Shown piece after piece: positions 38,646 through 49,595 of a stretch of DNA of 50,319 nucleotides (position 1 is its first letter; every line of letters begins with the position of its first letter). Both the position numbers and the translations under genes were made by a program. The notes below the pieces were generated by a model, which saw only the letters and a program-made list of their open reading frames with translations, was not told the origin of the DNA and ran no database searches. Source of the stretch: Pseudomonadota bacterium (GTDB lineage: Bacteria; UBA10199; 2-02-FULL-44-16; JAAZCA01); contig JAZDOG010000012.1 in NCBI GenBank assembly GCA_043798915.1, positions 1-50,319 on the forward strand, given 5' to 3'.

Positions 38646-38804
38646 ATGAAGAAATTTCTCCTGGTAGTGCTTTTGCTGGCCGCAGCCTACTATGTTGCCA
38701 ACCAAAGGGTTGCCCTGCAGACCGGGCATACGAAGGATGGGAAGACCAACGTCGTCCTTGTCGATAAGGCAAGCGGCAAGGTCTTCCGCCTGATGGGCAA
38801 ATAA
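38646..38804 (+). CDS. 52-aa small protein with N-terminal hydrophobic anchor/signal (not in the ORF track)
   Basis: AGGAGG RBS; MKKFLLVVLLLAAAYYVANQRVALQTGHTKDGKTNVVLVDKASGKVFRLMGK*. Confidence 0.65.
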   Translation: MKKFLLVVLLLAAAYYVANQRVALQTGHTKDGKTNVVLVDKASGKVFRLMGK

Positions 38805-38874
38805 CACTGGTTCATCCGGCCGCACCGCTTCTCTGTGCCGCAAATTTTCGTTGCAGAGGTGCGCGGTGGTGTGT

Positions 38875-40566
<1,692 letters not shown>

Positions 40567-40588
40567 AACTTGCCTCCAGCATATAATT

Positions 40589-41185
40589 CTATCGCTTGGT
40601 AGTAAAGTCAGATCTGGCCATTACCCTTGCCTGCAACTCTTTGAATTGTTGATACTTCTTCGTTGGTTTGCCCCTGTAATAGGGGGTTTTGATATCTTTC
40701 AGTAATTTTTCCATGGCTTGGTAATCTTTAAGATTTTCCAAGAGTACGTTTTCTGGCCTGCGCCTGTTCTTGTTTCTCGATGCATAGGTCAAGTTGTGGC
40801 AATGACGGCAGGCGAAAATACCATCCTTCATAAAAAGCGAGGCCACACGTCTTCGGCACATGACGCCATCTTTTTGCGCAGGGCAGTGGAACCACCATCG
40901 ACTTCCTCCCTTGCGGCATGGTGTTGTACTAACGGGAATTGCATAACAGTATTTTTTAGCGCCTGTTACCAAGTCCGCCAGTTCGTATTGCAGCCCGCAA
41001 AACAGCTCCCCATTTTTCACAAATATTGAAATATCAACGGCCAGCACTTCTCCTAAAAAATAGTTTCGCCATCGCAATGTGCTGGGGGTTATTCCAACCA
41101 GCCATCCACGACTTGTTAAATCGTAAATTGAAAGTTGGTTTAACTGCTCAACCTCGGTCTTTTTGGGTCTTTCTGTCATGATCAC
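40589..41185 (-). CDS. Hypothetical element protein with Cys-rich Zn-finger-like region
   Basis: GGSRWWFHCP..CRRRV..FACRHCHNLTYAS; co-oriented upstream of the LSR. Confidence 0.7.
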   Translation of the reverse strand: MIMTERPKKTEVEQLNQLSIYDLTSRGWLVGITPSTLRWRNYFLGEVLAVDISIFVKNGELFCGLQYELADLVTGAKKYCYAIPVSTTPCRKGGSRWWFHCPAQKDGVMCRRRVASLFMKDGIFACRHCHNLTYASRNKNRRRPENVLLENLKDYQAMEKLLKDIKTPYYRGKPTKKYQQFKELQARVMARSDFTTKR

Positions 41186-41273
41186 TTTCCTCCTTTGCCG
41201 AAATCATTTGAGATTTTTTTTCGCTGTTTCCAATGTAGCATTGGCGAAAACGCCCATTCTGTTCGTTACCGCT

Positions 41274-42533
41274 TTACCCCACCCCGCTTCTCACTATTGT
41301 TTTAGGTTTTGCGGAGGTGGGGTAGATCAGCATCTTTCTTTTATCGTTCGCGTCCGGCTCTTGCGAGATCAGCCCTGCCGTCTCCAGCATAGGAATTATT
41401 TGCTGGCGAAGTTTGGTCGTATCGACCATTCGGCCATAGGCTTCATAATGTTTTTGTGCGATGTCTTGACGTGCAATTCCTGCCCCGCCGTTATCCTCCC
41501 ATGCGCCAAGAATAACGTCTTTATAGAGTTCGTAGATATATGGAGGGATGTTTAATTCCTGACTGGCCGATATCTTTTCCCAAACATCAAACGCCTCGTC
41601 GATATCGGCTTCATTGGCGGTTATTGTTGATTCGTCTCTTTCACGCCACCAGAGGTTGAGGAGTGCAAAACATTTGATAAGCGCTGTGACCCTCTTGATA
41701 TCCCGTTGATGCCTCGGCTTTAATTTTTCCCGTCCATCAAAAAACCGCCTCTCAACTTTATTGAAGAATCCTATTTTGATTTCCTGAATATCCTCGGCCC
41801 TGATTGCCTTTATTCGGTCTATGAGAAGGTTTCTTTTCTCATCCTTCTGCAAAATGGCGTTGTACTGTTCCCGATCCGATTCCTTTCTCAATGTATTCAA
41901 AATGCCTTCACGAATCTTCTCCTGATTTATTTCAGGGCTGAGTAAGAGAAATCGCGTGGCCTCTTGTTCATCGATGCGAAGTCCAGCCGTGCAAAATATA
42001 ACCGACGGGTATCCCCTGATAAGAATATTCTTTGTCCGAAGCCCCTGTTTCTGAGATTTGTCGGTAATCTTGAGATTGATCTCCTTTTTGTCGTGAGAGA
42101 GGAGCGGCCTAAGCCTTGCCAACAGGTCGTTGTGCGGCTGATCCAGAAAGACAAGAATCTTATGTGAGAGATCTATGCGGTATCCCTTCAGTTCCTTGTT
42201 GTATTCACCAACGTCGTGAAAGAAAGCCGTAGGACTGCAATAGGCAAGTTCGATCACATCCTCTTGCGGAAAGAGTTTTGCGATTTCCGTTGGGATATAG
42301 CTCTTACCGGTGGATGACGGGGCATTGAAGCTAACGTTGAACTGGGCGTTCTCTGTATATGCAGAGAGTTCACACAAAAACGTGACGACCTTGTTTTCCT
42401 CGTCCCTTTTGATCGTGAGCCCCAAGACATCGGTCAAATCCTTGCCGGACATCGGTTTGAGGCGCGAGGTATCGATACGTTCCGAATGTATCCTCAAAAA
42501 CCGTTCAAAGTCTTTAGTCGTTGTCGTTTCCAT
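41274..42533 (-). CDS. P-loop ATPase (helicase/primase-associated-like) with C-terminal wHTH
   Basis: Walker A APSSTGKS, FLDQ, TRFLLL (Arg finger-like), C-terminal LETAGLISQE..DKRKMLI. Confidence 0.7.
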   Translation of the reverse strand: METTTTKDFERFLRIHSERIDTSRLKPMSGKDLTDVLGLTIKRDEENKVVTFLCELSAYTENAQFNVSFNAPSSTGKSYIPTEIAKLFPQEDVIELAYCSPTAFFHDVGEYNKELKGYRIDLSHKILVFLDQPHNDLLARLRPLLSHDKKEINLKITDKSQKQGLRTKNILIRGYPSVIFCTAGLRIDEQEATRFLLLSPEINQEKIREGILNTLRKESDREQYNAILQKDEKRNLLIDRIKAIRAEDIQEIKIGFFNKVERRFFDGREKLKPRHQRDIKRVTALIKCFALLNLWWRERDESTITANEADIDEAFDVWEKISASQELNIPPYIYELYKDVILGAWEDNGGAGIARQDIAQKHYEAYGRMVDTTKLRQQIIPMLETAGLISQEPDANDKRKMLIYPTSAKPKTIVRSGVG

Positions 42534-42711
42534 CTTGAATCCTCCGTTCATTACTTTTTTCCATTACGCTTTTTGACGGCGGCCTGCAGATCGCCTTCAT
42601 CAGGATCACGAGTTTTGAGCCAAGTTCATACGCCTCTTTCTCATCGATCATTTTTCCAAACCGGCGTTCATAGAGAGCCTGAAATTTGGCGACCTGTTCA
42701 CTAGTCAGCAT
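42514..42711 (-). CDS. Small hypothetical protein (MLTSEQVAKFQALYERRFG...)
   Basis: Overlap-coupled to both neighbours; resembles a small protein recalled from CPR-type elements. Confidence 0.65.
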   Translation of the reverse strand: MLTSEQVAKFQALYERRFGKMIDEKEAYELGSKLVILMKAICRPPSKSVMEKSNERRIQDGNDND

Positions 42712-43006
42712 CGGCACCGCCTTTCCGATGCTGCGAACCATGAAGCTTGCTCATGATCTCTGCGATCTTTGACAAAACGGCCTCTTCGATCTTTTGGCCG
42801 ATTTCTTTTTTGATGGGATGAAAGACGTCAAAACTGCGATTGCCTGTTTTCTTGGTTGGATATGTGATCCTGTAACCGGTCCCGTCTAATCTCTGGTGGA
42901 TGCCGATGGAGCTGAGATAAATTTGTCCATCCAATACGACGCTGGCAAACCCCACGAGCCCGTCACAGGGTTTTATCAACTGGATATTGACCTCACTTAC
43001 AATCAT
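42701..43006 (-). CDS. SpoVG-like nucleic-acid-binding protein
   Basis: MIVSEVNI..GLVGFASVVLDG..IGIH..ITYP..DVFHPI..IEEAVL matches the SpoVG pattern. Confidence 0.7.
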   Translation of the reverse strand: MIVSEVNIQLIKPCDGLVGFASVVLDGQIYLSSIGIHQRLDGTGYRITYPTKKTGNRSFDVFHPIKKEIGQKIEEAVLSKIAEIMSKLHGSQHRKGGADAD

Positions 43007-43183
43007 AGCCTCTTTCCATCCGTTAAGTGCGGCGACAATATCCGCACATAGGTATATACAGTTGGAACGAAAACTAAGGCTAAGTTCGAATCTGAAAAAA
43101 GTGGTGATTAAAGAGGTGGACAAGCTAAACTGCTGTTTAATAAGAATATATTGATTGAAGTTTGTGCTGGCCTAATTTGGTCT

Positions 43184-43250
43184 TTGACAAAATGTTCACG
43201 AAAACATAGGATGTTCACGAATCGTGAACGTGAGGTGATTTCGTGAACAA
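43184..43250 (+). promoter_or_regulatory. Sigma70 promoter with four GTTCACGA operator half-sites
   Basis: TTGACA (43184-89), 17 bp, TAGGAT (43207-12); ATGTTCACGAA x2, palindrome GTTCACGA-A-TCGTGAAC, TTCGTGAAC over the start codon. Confidence 0.75.
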
Positions 43251-43890
43251 ATTAGACCCAACAACTCTGTTCCCTACCGAAGATCGCGTCTGGATGGCGA
43301 TCCTCCTCCTGAATTACAAGGACAAGGTCTTCACGGTACGTGACTTTTCCAACTTGAGCGGCCTGAGTCTTGGCTTCATCTCACAATTCAGTAATCTGCT
43401 AAAGGAAGCCGGTTACATGGCCGAAGGTCGAAAGATGAAGCTCAAGGATCCGGGGGCCTTGCTCAATATTCTCCGAGACATCTATTTTTTTGAAAAGCAC
43501 GAGCGTCATTCTTACTACATTGACTTACAACCTGAAGAAACGATCCAAAAGATTTGCAAAACTGGCAACGAGCGAATCTACGCCCTAACCAGAATGGCTG
43601 GTGCGTCCAAAATTGCCCCCTTTGTACGTTTTGAGCTGGTCGATTTTTATATCTCCTCCGTAGAAGAGATTGCGCTGTGGAAAGAGAAACTCGAATTAAT
43701 TGACGTGGAACTGAGCGGCAACATCAACCTGTTTGTTCCAAGTGACAAAAGAATCTTAACGGATGTGCAAACCGTGGATGGAATTAAAATCGTCAACAAC
43801 ATTCAGCTCTATCTCGATCTCTATAAATATCCGGCACGAGGTCGCGAGCAAGCGGAACACTTACGGGAGCAAAAGATTAAGATATGGTGA
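43243..43890 (+). CDS. AbiEi-like type IV TA antitoxin (N-terminal wHTH)
   Basis: HTH-like VRDFSNLSGLSLGFIS; C-terminal IQLYLDLY..PARGREQAEHL; overlaps the NTase gene. Confidence 0.7.
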   Translation: MNKLDPTTLFPTEDRVWMAILLLNYKDKVFTVRDFSNLSGLSLGFISQFSNLLKEAGYMAEGRKMKLKDPGALLNILRDIYFFEKHERHSYYIDLQPEETIQKICKTGNERIYALTRMAGASKIAPFVRFELVDFYISSVEEIALWKEKLELIDVELSGNINLFVPSDKRILTDVQTVDGIKIVNNIQLYLDLYKYPARGREQAEHLREQKIKIW

Positions 43891-44738
43891 GATACGCGAC
43901 TCATTTTGAAGAGAATGAAGCAACCCGTTCTCAAGCAGTATTGCTGGAGATCATGACCATTTTGGGTTCCTATCGGGAATACATCTATCTCGTTGGGGGG
44001 TGGGCTCCATATTTTCTTCTCAAATTATTTCAAAAACCGGAGGATAAATTTGAGCATGTTGGCTCGATTGATATCGATCTTGTCATCGATTTCTCACAAA
44101 TTGAAGAGCCCCAATACCAGACGATTGTGAATCTCCTTTTGAAAAGAGAGTATGAGCAACGCCTAGACAAACTGGGTCGTATCATCCCCTTTGCGTTTCA
44201 GCGACAATACAAAGGAGTGGATATTCAAATTGACTTTCTTGCTGGCGAATACGGCGGCACTGGGAAAAAACATCGACACCAAAGGATTCAAGACGATCTC
44301 TTGGCCCGGAAGGCAAGAGGAACGGACATCTTGCCACAGCACCATATTGCGTTCGACTTAAACGGAACACTTCCCGATGGGGCTCTGAACACCTGTAAGA
44401 TAAAAGTTGCCAACGTCGTTTCTGCGCTGACGATGAAAGGCATCACCATCTCGGAGCGATACAAAGAAAAAGATGCCTATGACATATACTCCCTGATCGC
44501 CCATTACAAAGAAGGCAGTTTGTCCGTTTTGCAAGAAGTCAAAGAACATTTGGCGAATGGTTTGGTTCGTGAAGGAATGCGCGGGCTTGTCCAAAAATTT
44601 GAAGCAGAGAGATCTCCCGGCCCCACATGGGCTGCCAAGTTCATGGAACCCAAAAATGAAAACGAGGCCGCTCTGAGACAGGCAGAGATTTATAACAGCG
44701 TCAGGCTTTTTGTGGAGGGGATTGGAAAGTTGTTGTAA
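43884..44738 (+). CDS. AbiEii/MenT-like nucleotidyltransferase toxin
   Basis: Pol-beta NTase motifs LVGGWA, GSIDIDL, IDFL, MKG..KEKDAYD. Confidence 0.75.
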   Translation: MVRYATHFEENEATRSQAVLLEIMTILGSYREYIYLVGGWAPYFLLKLFQKPEDKFEHVGSIDIDLVIDFSQIEEPQYQTIVNLLLKREYEQRLDKLGRIIPFAFQRQYKGVDIQIDFLAGEYGGTGKKHRHQRIQDDLLARKARGTDILPQHHIAFDLNGTLPDGALNTCKIKVANVVSALTMKGITISERYKEKDAYDIYSLIAHYKEGSLSVLQEVKEHLANGLVREGMRGLVQKFEAERSPGPTWAAKFMEPKNENEAALRQAEIYNSVRLFVEGIGKLL

Positions 44739-44746
44739 AGGAAACT

Positions 44747-45400
44747 ATGAACACCAATGACCTGATCAAGTCAAAACAGCGCATCACCGACCACGGGGAG
44801 GTCTTCACCCCCGCATGGATGGTTGAGGCTATGATTAATCTCGTGAAGGACGAGACCGAGCGCATCGACTCGCGCTTTCTTGAGCCGGCGTGCGGGAGCG
44901 GCAACTTCCTCGTGCGAATTCTTCAGCGCAAACTCGCCGCTGTTGAAATCAAGTTCGGTAAATCCGATTTTGAAAAACGGCACTATGCGCTTCTCGCACT
45001 CATGTGCATTTATGGGATTGAGCTTCTGCCGGACAACATTGCTGAATGCCGCACGAATCTGTTGGAGATCTTTGCCTCGTATCTGAACCTCGATCAATCG
45101 GAAGAGCTGTATCGCGCCGCGTTCTTCGTGCTTTCGCAAAATCTCGTCCGCGGCGATGCATTGACGATGCGCACGCATGACGATCTACCAATCACCTTCG
45201 CCGAGTGGGGGTATCTGGGTAAGGGCAGGTTTCAGCGACGAGACTTCCGCTTCGACAGTCTCGCCCAGTCATCGGCTTTCAGCGCCGAGGGGACACTCTT
45301 CGCTCATCTCGGAAGACACGAGATTTTCAAGCCTGCAAAGACCTATCCACCCATGACGGTGAATGATCTGGCCACAGTTGCAAAGGAGACAGCCCAATGA
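44747..45400 (+). CDS. Short N6-MTase-fold protein (SAM-binding part only)
   Basis: HGEVFTP, FLEPACGSGNFL, IYGIEL, GDAL; no NPPY. Confidence 0.8.
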   Translation: MNTNDLIKSKQRITDHGEVFTPAWMVEAMINLVKDETERIDSRFLEPACGSGNFLVRILQRKLAAVEIKFGKSDFEKRHYALLALMCIYGIELLPDNIAECRTNLLEIFASYLNLDQSEELYRAAFFVLSQNLVRGDALTMRTHDDLPITFAEWGYLGKGRFQRRDFRFDSLAQSSAFSAEGTLFAHLGRHEIFKPAKTYPPMTVNDLATVAKETAQ

Positions 45401-46995
45401 GCGCACAGGCCAACTTTACATTGCGCGGACGCAACCCGGACGTTCTGACGTGTATCGCGAACCTCTCCAACGACGAAGTGTTCACACCTCCCGAGTTCGC
45501 AAACCGGATGCTGGACACGCTGGCCGAGGCGTGGGCCGCCAGCCACGGCGGTGCGAATCTTTGGGCCGACAAGACTGTGAAGTTCCTCGACCCTTGCACA
45601 AAATCCGGCGTGTTCCTTCGTGAGATCACCAGCCGCCTCACCAAGGGACTGGAGAAGGAGATTCCGGAACTTAAGAAGCGCGTGAACCATATCCTGACCC
45701 AGCAGGTTTTCGGCATCGGTATCACGCAGATCACGAGCCTGCTGGCGCGGCGCAGCGTTTATTGCTCCAAGCACGCCAAAGGCGAGCACTCCATCGCCAA
45801 ATCGTTCGCCAGTGATGATGGAAATATCTGGTTCAAACGCATCGAACACACTTGGAATGGCGACAGATGCGAGTATTGTGGCGCTGGAAAATCCGTTTTT
45901 GACCGGGCACCGGGGCTTGAAACTCACGCCTACGCGTTCATTCACACCGATAATGTCAAAGCTCGGCTCGCCGAGATTTTTGGAGGCAACATGCAATTCG
46001 ACGTAATCATTGGCAACCCACCGTATCAGATGGATGACGGCGGCGTCGGCGGCGCTATGCCGTTGTATCAGAAGTTTGTCCAGTCTGCGAAAGCCCTTCA
46101 ACCTCGATTCTTGAGTATGGTTACGCCGTCTCGCTGGTTTGCTGGGGGCCGCGGGCTCGACAAATACCGCGAGGAAATGCTCGGCGACAAGCATCTGCGA
46201 GTACTCGTCGACTGGCCGAAGGCAGACGAAGTTTTTCCTGGCGTACTGATTGGTGGGGGAGTTTCCTATTTCCTTTGGGACTCGAACTACAATGGGCAAT
46301 GCTTAGTAACCGTCGTTCGCAATGGCGAGGAGTCTCAGAGCCTGCGCGACCTCAACCAACATGACATTTTTATTCGCAGCAATGAGGCCCTTCCGATCCT
46401 TGAAAAAGTGCTGGAGAAATCCTCCGGAGAGTATTTCTCCTCCCTGATGAGTGGACCAGACCCATTTGGATTCCGGTCAAACTTCGAAGGGTATCACGAC
46501 AAGCCGCAGAGAGGTGACCTTCTGCTCCATTACAACGCCGGCGGCCGTGGCGCAGTGCGCGCGATTGGCTATGTCTCGAAAGAAGAGGTAACACGCAACT
46601 GTCAAATGGTTGGCAAGTGGAAGCTAATGTTGAACCGTGTCTACAACGTTGCTGAGAAGTACCCGCACCGCATCATTGGTGCCCCCGCTCTGCTTCCACC
46701 CAATGAAATTTGCACCGGCTCCTTTCTCGTAGCTGGCCCATTTTCAACCAAAGCGGAAGCCGAAAGCGCCAAGAGCTATTACGAAACAAAGTTTTTCCGG
46801 TTCTTACTGCATCTTCGGAAGATCAACCAAGATGCCGCGAGGCATTCGTATCAATGGGTTCCAGTTCAAGCGTGGGATCGGCAGTGGACTGATCGAGACC
46901 TTTACAAAAAATACAAGCTCACGAAGGGGGAGATTGATTACATCGAGTTGGTCATTCGCCCAATAGATATCAATGGAGATTCTGAAGATGAGTAA
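45397..46995 (+). CDS. Eco57I-like adenine methyltransferase with C-terminal target-recognition region
   Basis: EVFTPP, degenerate motif I FLDPCTKSGVF, FDVIIGNPPY, TPSRW. Confidence 0.85.
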   Translation: MSAQANFTLRGRNPDVLTCIANLSNDEVFTPPEFANRMLDTLAEAWAASHGGANLWADKTVKFLDPCTKSGVFLREITSRLTKGLEKEIPELKKRVNHILTQQVFGIGITQITSLLARRSVYCSKHAKGEHSIAKSFASDDGNIWFKRIEHTWNGDRCEYCGAGKSVFDRAPGLETHAYAFIHTDNVKARLAEIFGGNMQFDVIIGNPPYQMDDGGVGGAMPLYQKFVQSAKALQPRFLSMVTPSRWFAGGRGLDKYREEMLGDKHLRVLVDWPKADEVFPGVLIGGGVSYFLWDSNYNGQCLVTVVRNGEESQSLRDLNQHDIFIRSNEALPILEKVLEKSSGEYFSSLMSGPDPFGFRSNFEGYHDKPQRGDLLLHYNAGGRGAVRAIGYVSKEEVTRNCQMVGKWKLMLNRVYNVAEKYPHRIIGAPALLPPNEICTGSFLVAGPFSTKAEAESAKSYYETKFFRFLLHLRKINQDAARHSYQWVPVQAWDRQWTDRDLYKKYKLTKGEIDYIELVIRPIDINGDSEDE

Positions 46996-49528
46996 GACCA
47001 TCGAAGAAATCCTTACACCCAAACCGGAGTCCCGACCGCGCATCTACGCCTACTCAATTGATGACAAGGCGCACGCGGGCCTCCTCAAGGTGGGACAGAC
47101 CACGCGTGATGTGAAGCAACGTGTTGCCGAGCAACTTAAGACCGCCAATATCAAGAACTACAGTATTCTGCTGGATGAGGTCGCCGAACGTGACGATGGG
47201 ACAACCTTTACCGATCACGACGTGCGCGCCGCGCTCATTAAAAAGAAATTCGAAAACACGGAATTGGAATGGATGCGCTGCAAGCTCAGGGATGTGAGGA
47301 CCGTTCTCAGCGAGTTGCGCACCGGGCAGCGGTTCATCGGCACGCACTCCGAGACGTTTACGATGCGCCGAGAGCAGGTCGAGGCCGTGAACAAGACCTG
47401 CGACTACTTCCGCTCCATCTGGGCCGAGGGGAAGAGAGTCGTCCCGCGCTTTCTGTGGAACGCAAAGATGCGTTTCGGCAAGACCTTCGCCACGTATCAG
47501 CTCGCCAAGAAACTCGGGGCGAAGCGCGTGCTCGTGGTTACCTTTAAGCCCGCCGTGGAGGATGCCTGGCAGACAGACCTCGAATCACACGTGGACTTCG
47601 ACGGTTGGCAATATCTCTCGCGCAATTCTAGCAGCGATCCAACGAGAGTCTCCACCAAGAAACCACTGGTTTATTTCGGTTCGTTTCAGGACCTGCTGGG
47701 ACGGGACGACGCAGGCAACATCAAGGCCAAGAACGAATGGCTTCACACGGTGAACTGGGATTTGGTCGTCTTCGACGAATATCACTTCGGCGCATGGCGT
47801 GAGACGGCCAAGGAATTGTTCGAGGGCGAGGAAGAGGCGGTTGCCAAGAAGGAGACCAAGCTCGAATACGCTGCCGGCTTGGAGGACGTCAACGAGGACT
47901 TGACCGAACTTTCGGCCAAGGAGAGCGAGTTCCTGCCCATCACTACCAAGGCTTACCTGTATCTCTCCGGCACGCCGTTCCGTGCGCTGGCAACGGGCGA
48001 GTTCATCGAGGAAGCGATCTTCAACTGGACCTACACGGATGAACAACGCGCCAAGGAAGAGTTTGCACAGAAGAATCCATGCAAGTGGAATCCTTACGGC
48101 GCGCTGCCGCAGATGCGGCTGCTCACCTACCAGATGCCCGACGAGTTGGTGGCAATTGCGAGCGCCGGGGAGTTTGATGAGTTTGATCTGAACGCATTTT
48201 TCGAGGCCACCGGCACAGGCGTGCTTGCGCAGTTCAAACACAAAAGCGACGTGCAGAAGTGGCTGGACATCATCCGCGGTGGCTATGCGCCCAAGGCGGC
48301 CGAGTATCTCAAGACCGGCACGCGCCCACCGTTCCCATATTCGGACGTGCGCCTACTGCCCTATCTCCAACACTCGTTCTGGTTTCTGCCCAACGTCGCG
48401 GCGTGTCACGCGATGGCGAATCTGTTGGCCGAGAAGCAAAACGTCTTCTGGCATGACTACGATGCAGTTGTCGCCGCAGGCAGCTCGGCCGGTATCGGGT
48501 TGGACGCGCTACCGCCCGTGCGCGAGGCCATCGGCAGTGGCTTCGACAACAAGACCATCACGCTGTCGTGCGGCAAGCTCACCACCGGCGTTACGGTGCC
48601 GCAGTGGTCTTCGATTTTGATGTTGCGCAATCTAAAATCTCCGGAAACCTATTTTCAGTCGGCGTTTCGCGTGCAATCGCCGTGGTCCATCAAAAATCCC
48701 AACGGCAACGACCCGAACGAGGAGGAAATCCTCAAACCGGTCTGTTTCGTTTTCGATTTTGCACCTACGCGAGCACTGCGACAGCTCTCCGAATACGGGA
48801 TCGGGCTTTCACCCAACGAGAAGAACCCAGAGAACGCTGTTAAGGACCTTGTATCGTTTCTGCCAGTGCTGGCCTACGACGGTGCGAATATGACGCAGAT
48901 TGACGCAGGCGGCATTCTTGACATCGCGATGGCTGGCACCTCGGCCACGTTGCTCGCAAAGAAGTGGCAAAGTGCAATTTTGGTGAACGTGGACAACGAC
49001 ACTCTGCGCCGCATCCTAGAGAACCCAGAGGCGATGGCTGCCGTTGAGCGCATTGAGGGCTGGCGTTCGCTTGGCGACAACATCATTGAGACGATCATCA
49101 ACAAGAGCGAGAAGGTAAAGGAGCTGAAGAACAAGGCTAAGGATCGGGACCTGACGGAGAAGCAGAAAAAGCAGCTCACCGAGGAGGAGAAGGAATTCAA
49201 GTCCAAGCGAAAGCTCGTGCAGGAAAAGCTTATCAAGTTTGCAACCCGCATTCCGGCCTTTATGTATTTGACCGATTTTCGGGAGAACACGCTGCAGGAT
49301 GTGATTACGAAAATTGAGCCGGACTTGTTCGAGACGGTCACAGGTCTGACGGTGAAGGATTTCCACCTGCTCGTGAGGCTCAAGGTCTTCAACACAGAAC
49401 AAATGAATCAGGCCGTCTTCGCCTTCCGCCGCTATGAGGATGCCTCGCTCCGCTACACGGGGATCGAGAGTCACGAGGGTCTGACACACTATGGGCTCTA
49501 CGATACTGTAGTGGCGAGGGAAGAATGA
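46988..49528 (+). CDS. GIY-YIG/T5orf172-like nuclease fused to SF2 helicase (restriction subunit)
   Basis: IYAYS..LKVGQTTR..RVAEQ; NAKMRFGKT, DEYH, LSGTP, QSAFRVQ. Confidence 0.85.
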   Translation: MSKTIEEILTPKPESRPRIYAYSIDDKAHAGLLKVGQTTRDVKQRVAEQLKTANIKNYSILLDEVAERDDGTTFTDHDVRAALIKKKFENTELEWMRCKLRDVRTVLSELRTGQRFIGTHSETFTMRREQVEAVNKTCDYFRSIWAEGKRVVPRFLWNAKMRFGKTFATYQLAKKLGAKRVLVVTFKPAVEDAWQTDLESHVDFDGWQYLSRNSSSDPTRVSTKKPLVYFGSFQDLLGRDDAGNIKAKNEWLHTVNWDLVVFDEYHFGAWRETAKELFEGEEEAVAKKETKLEYAAGLEDVNEDLTELSAKESEFLPITTKAYLYLSGTPFRALATGEFIEEAIFNWTYTDEQRAKEEFAQKNPCKWNPYGALPQMRLLTYQMPDELVAIASAGEFDEFDLNAFFEATGTGVLAQFKHKSDVQKWLDIIRGGYAPKAAEYLKTGTRPPFPYSDVRLLPYLQHSFWFLPNVAACHAMANLLAEKQNVFWHDYDAVVAAGSSAGIGLDALPPVREAIGSGFDNKTITLSCGKLTTGVTVPQWSSILMLRNLKSPETYFQSAFRVQSPWSIKNPNGNDPNEEEILKPVCFVFDFAPTRALRQLSEYGIGLSPNEKNPENAVKDLVSFLPVLAYDGANMTQIDAGGILDIAMAGTSATLLAKKWQSAILVNVDNDTLRRILENPEAMAAVERIEGWRSLGDNIIETIINKSEKVKELKNKAKDRDLTEKQKKQLTEEEKEFKSKRKLVQEKLIKFATRIPAFMYLTDFRENTLQDVITKIEPDLFETVTGLTVKDFHLLVRLKVFNTEQMNQAVFAFRRYEDASLRYTGIESHEGLTHYGLYDTVVAREE

Positions 49529-49595
49529 CAAAATTATTAAGGATACACTTACGTCTGGTCAAATAAGAAATTGAAATTGTGGAGAGGGATAAATC

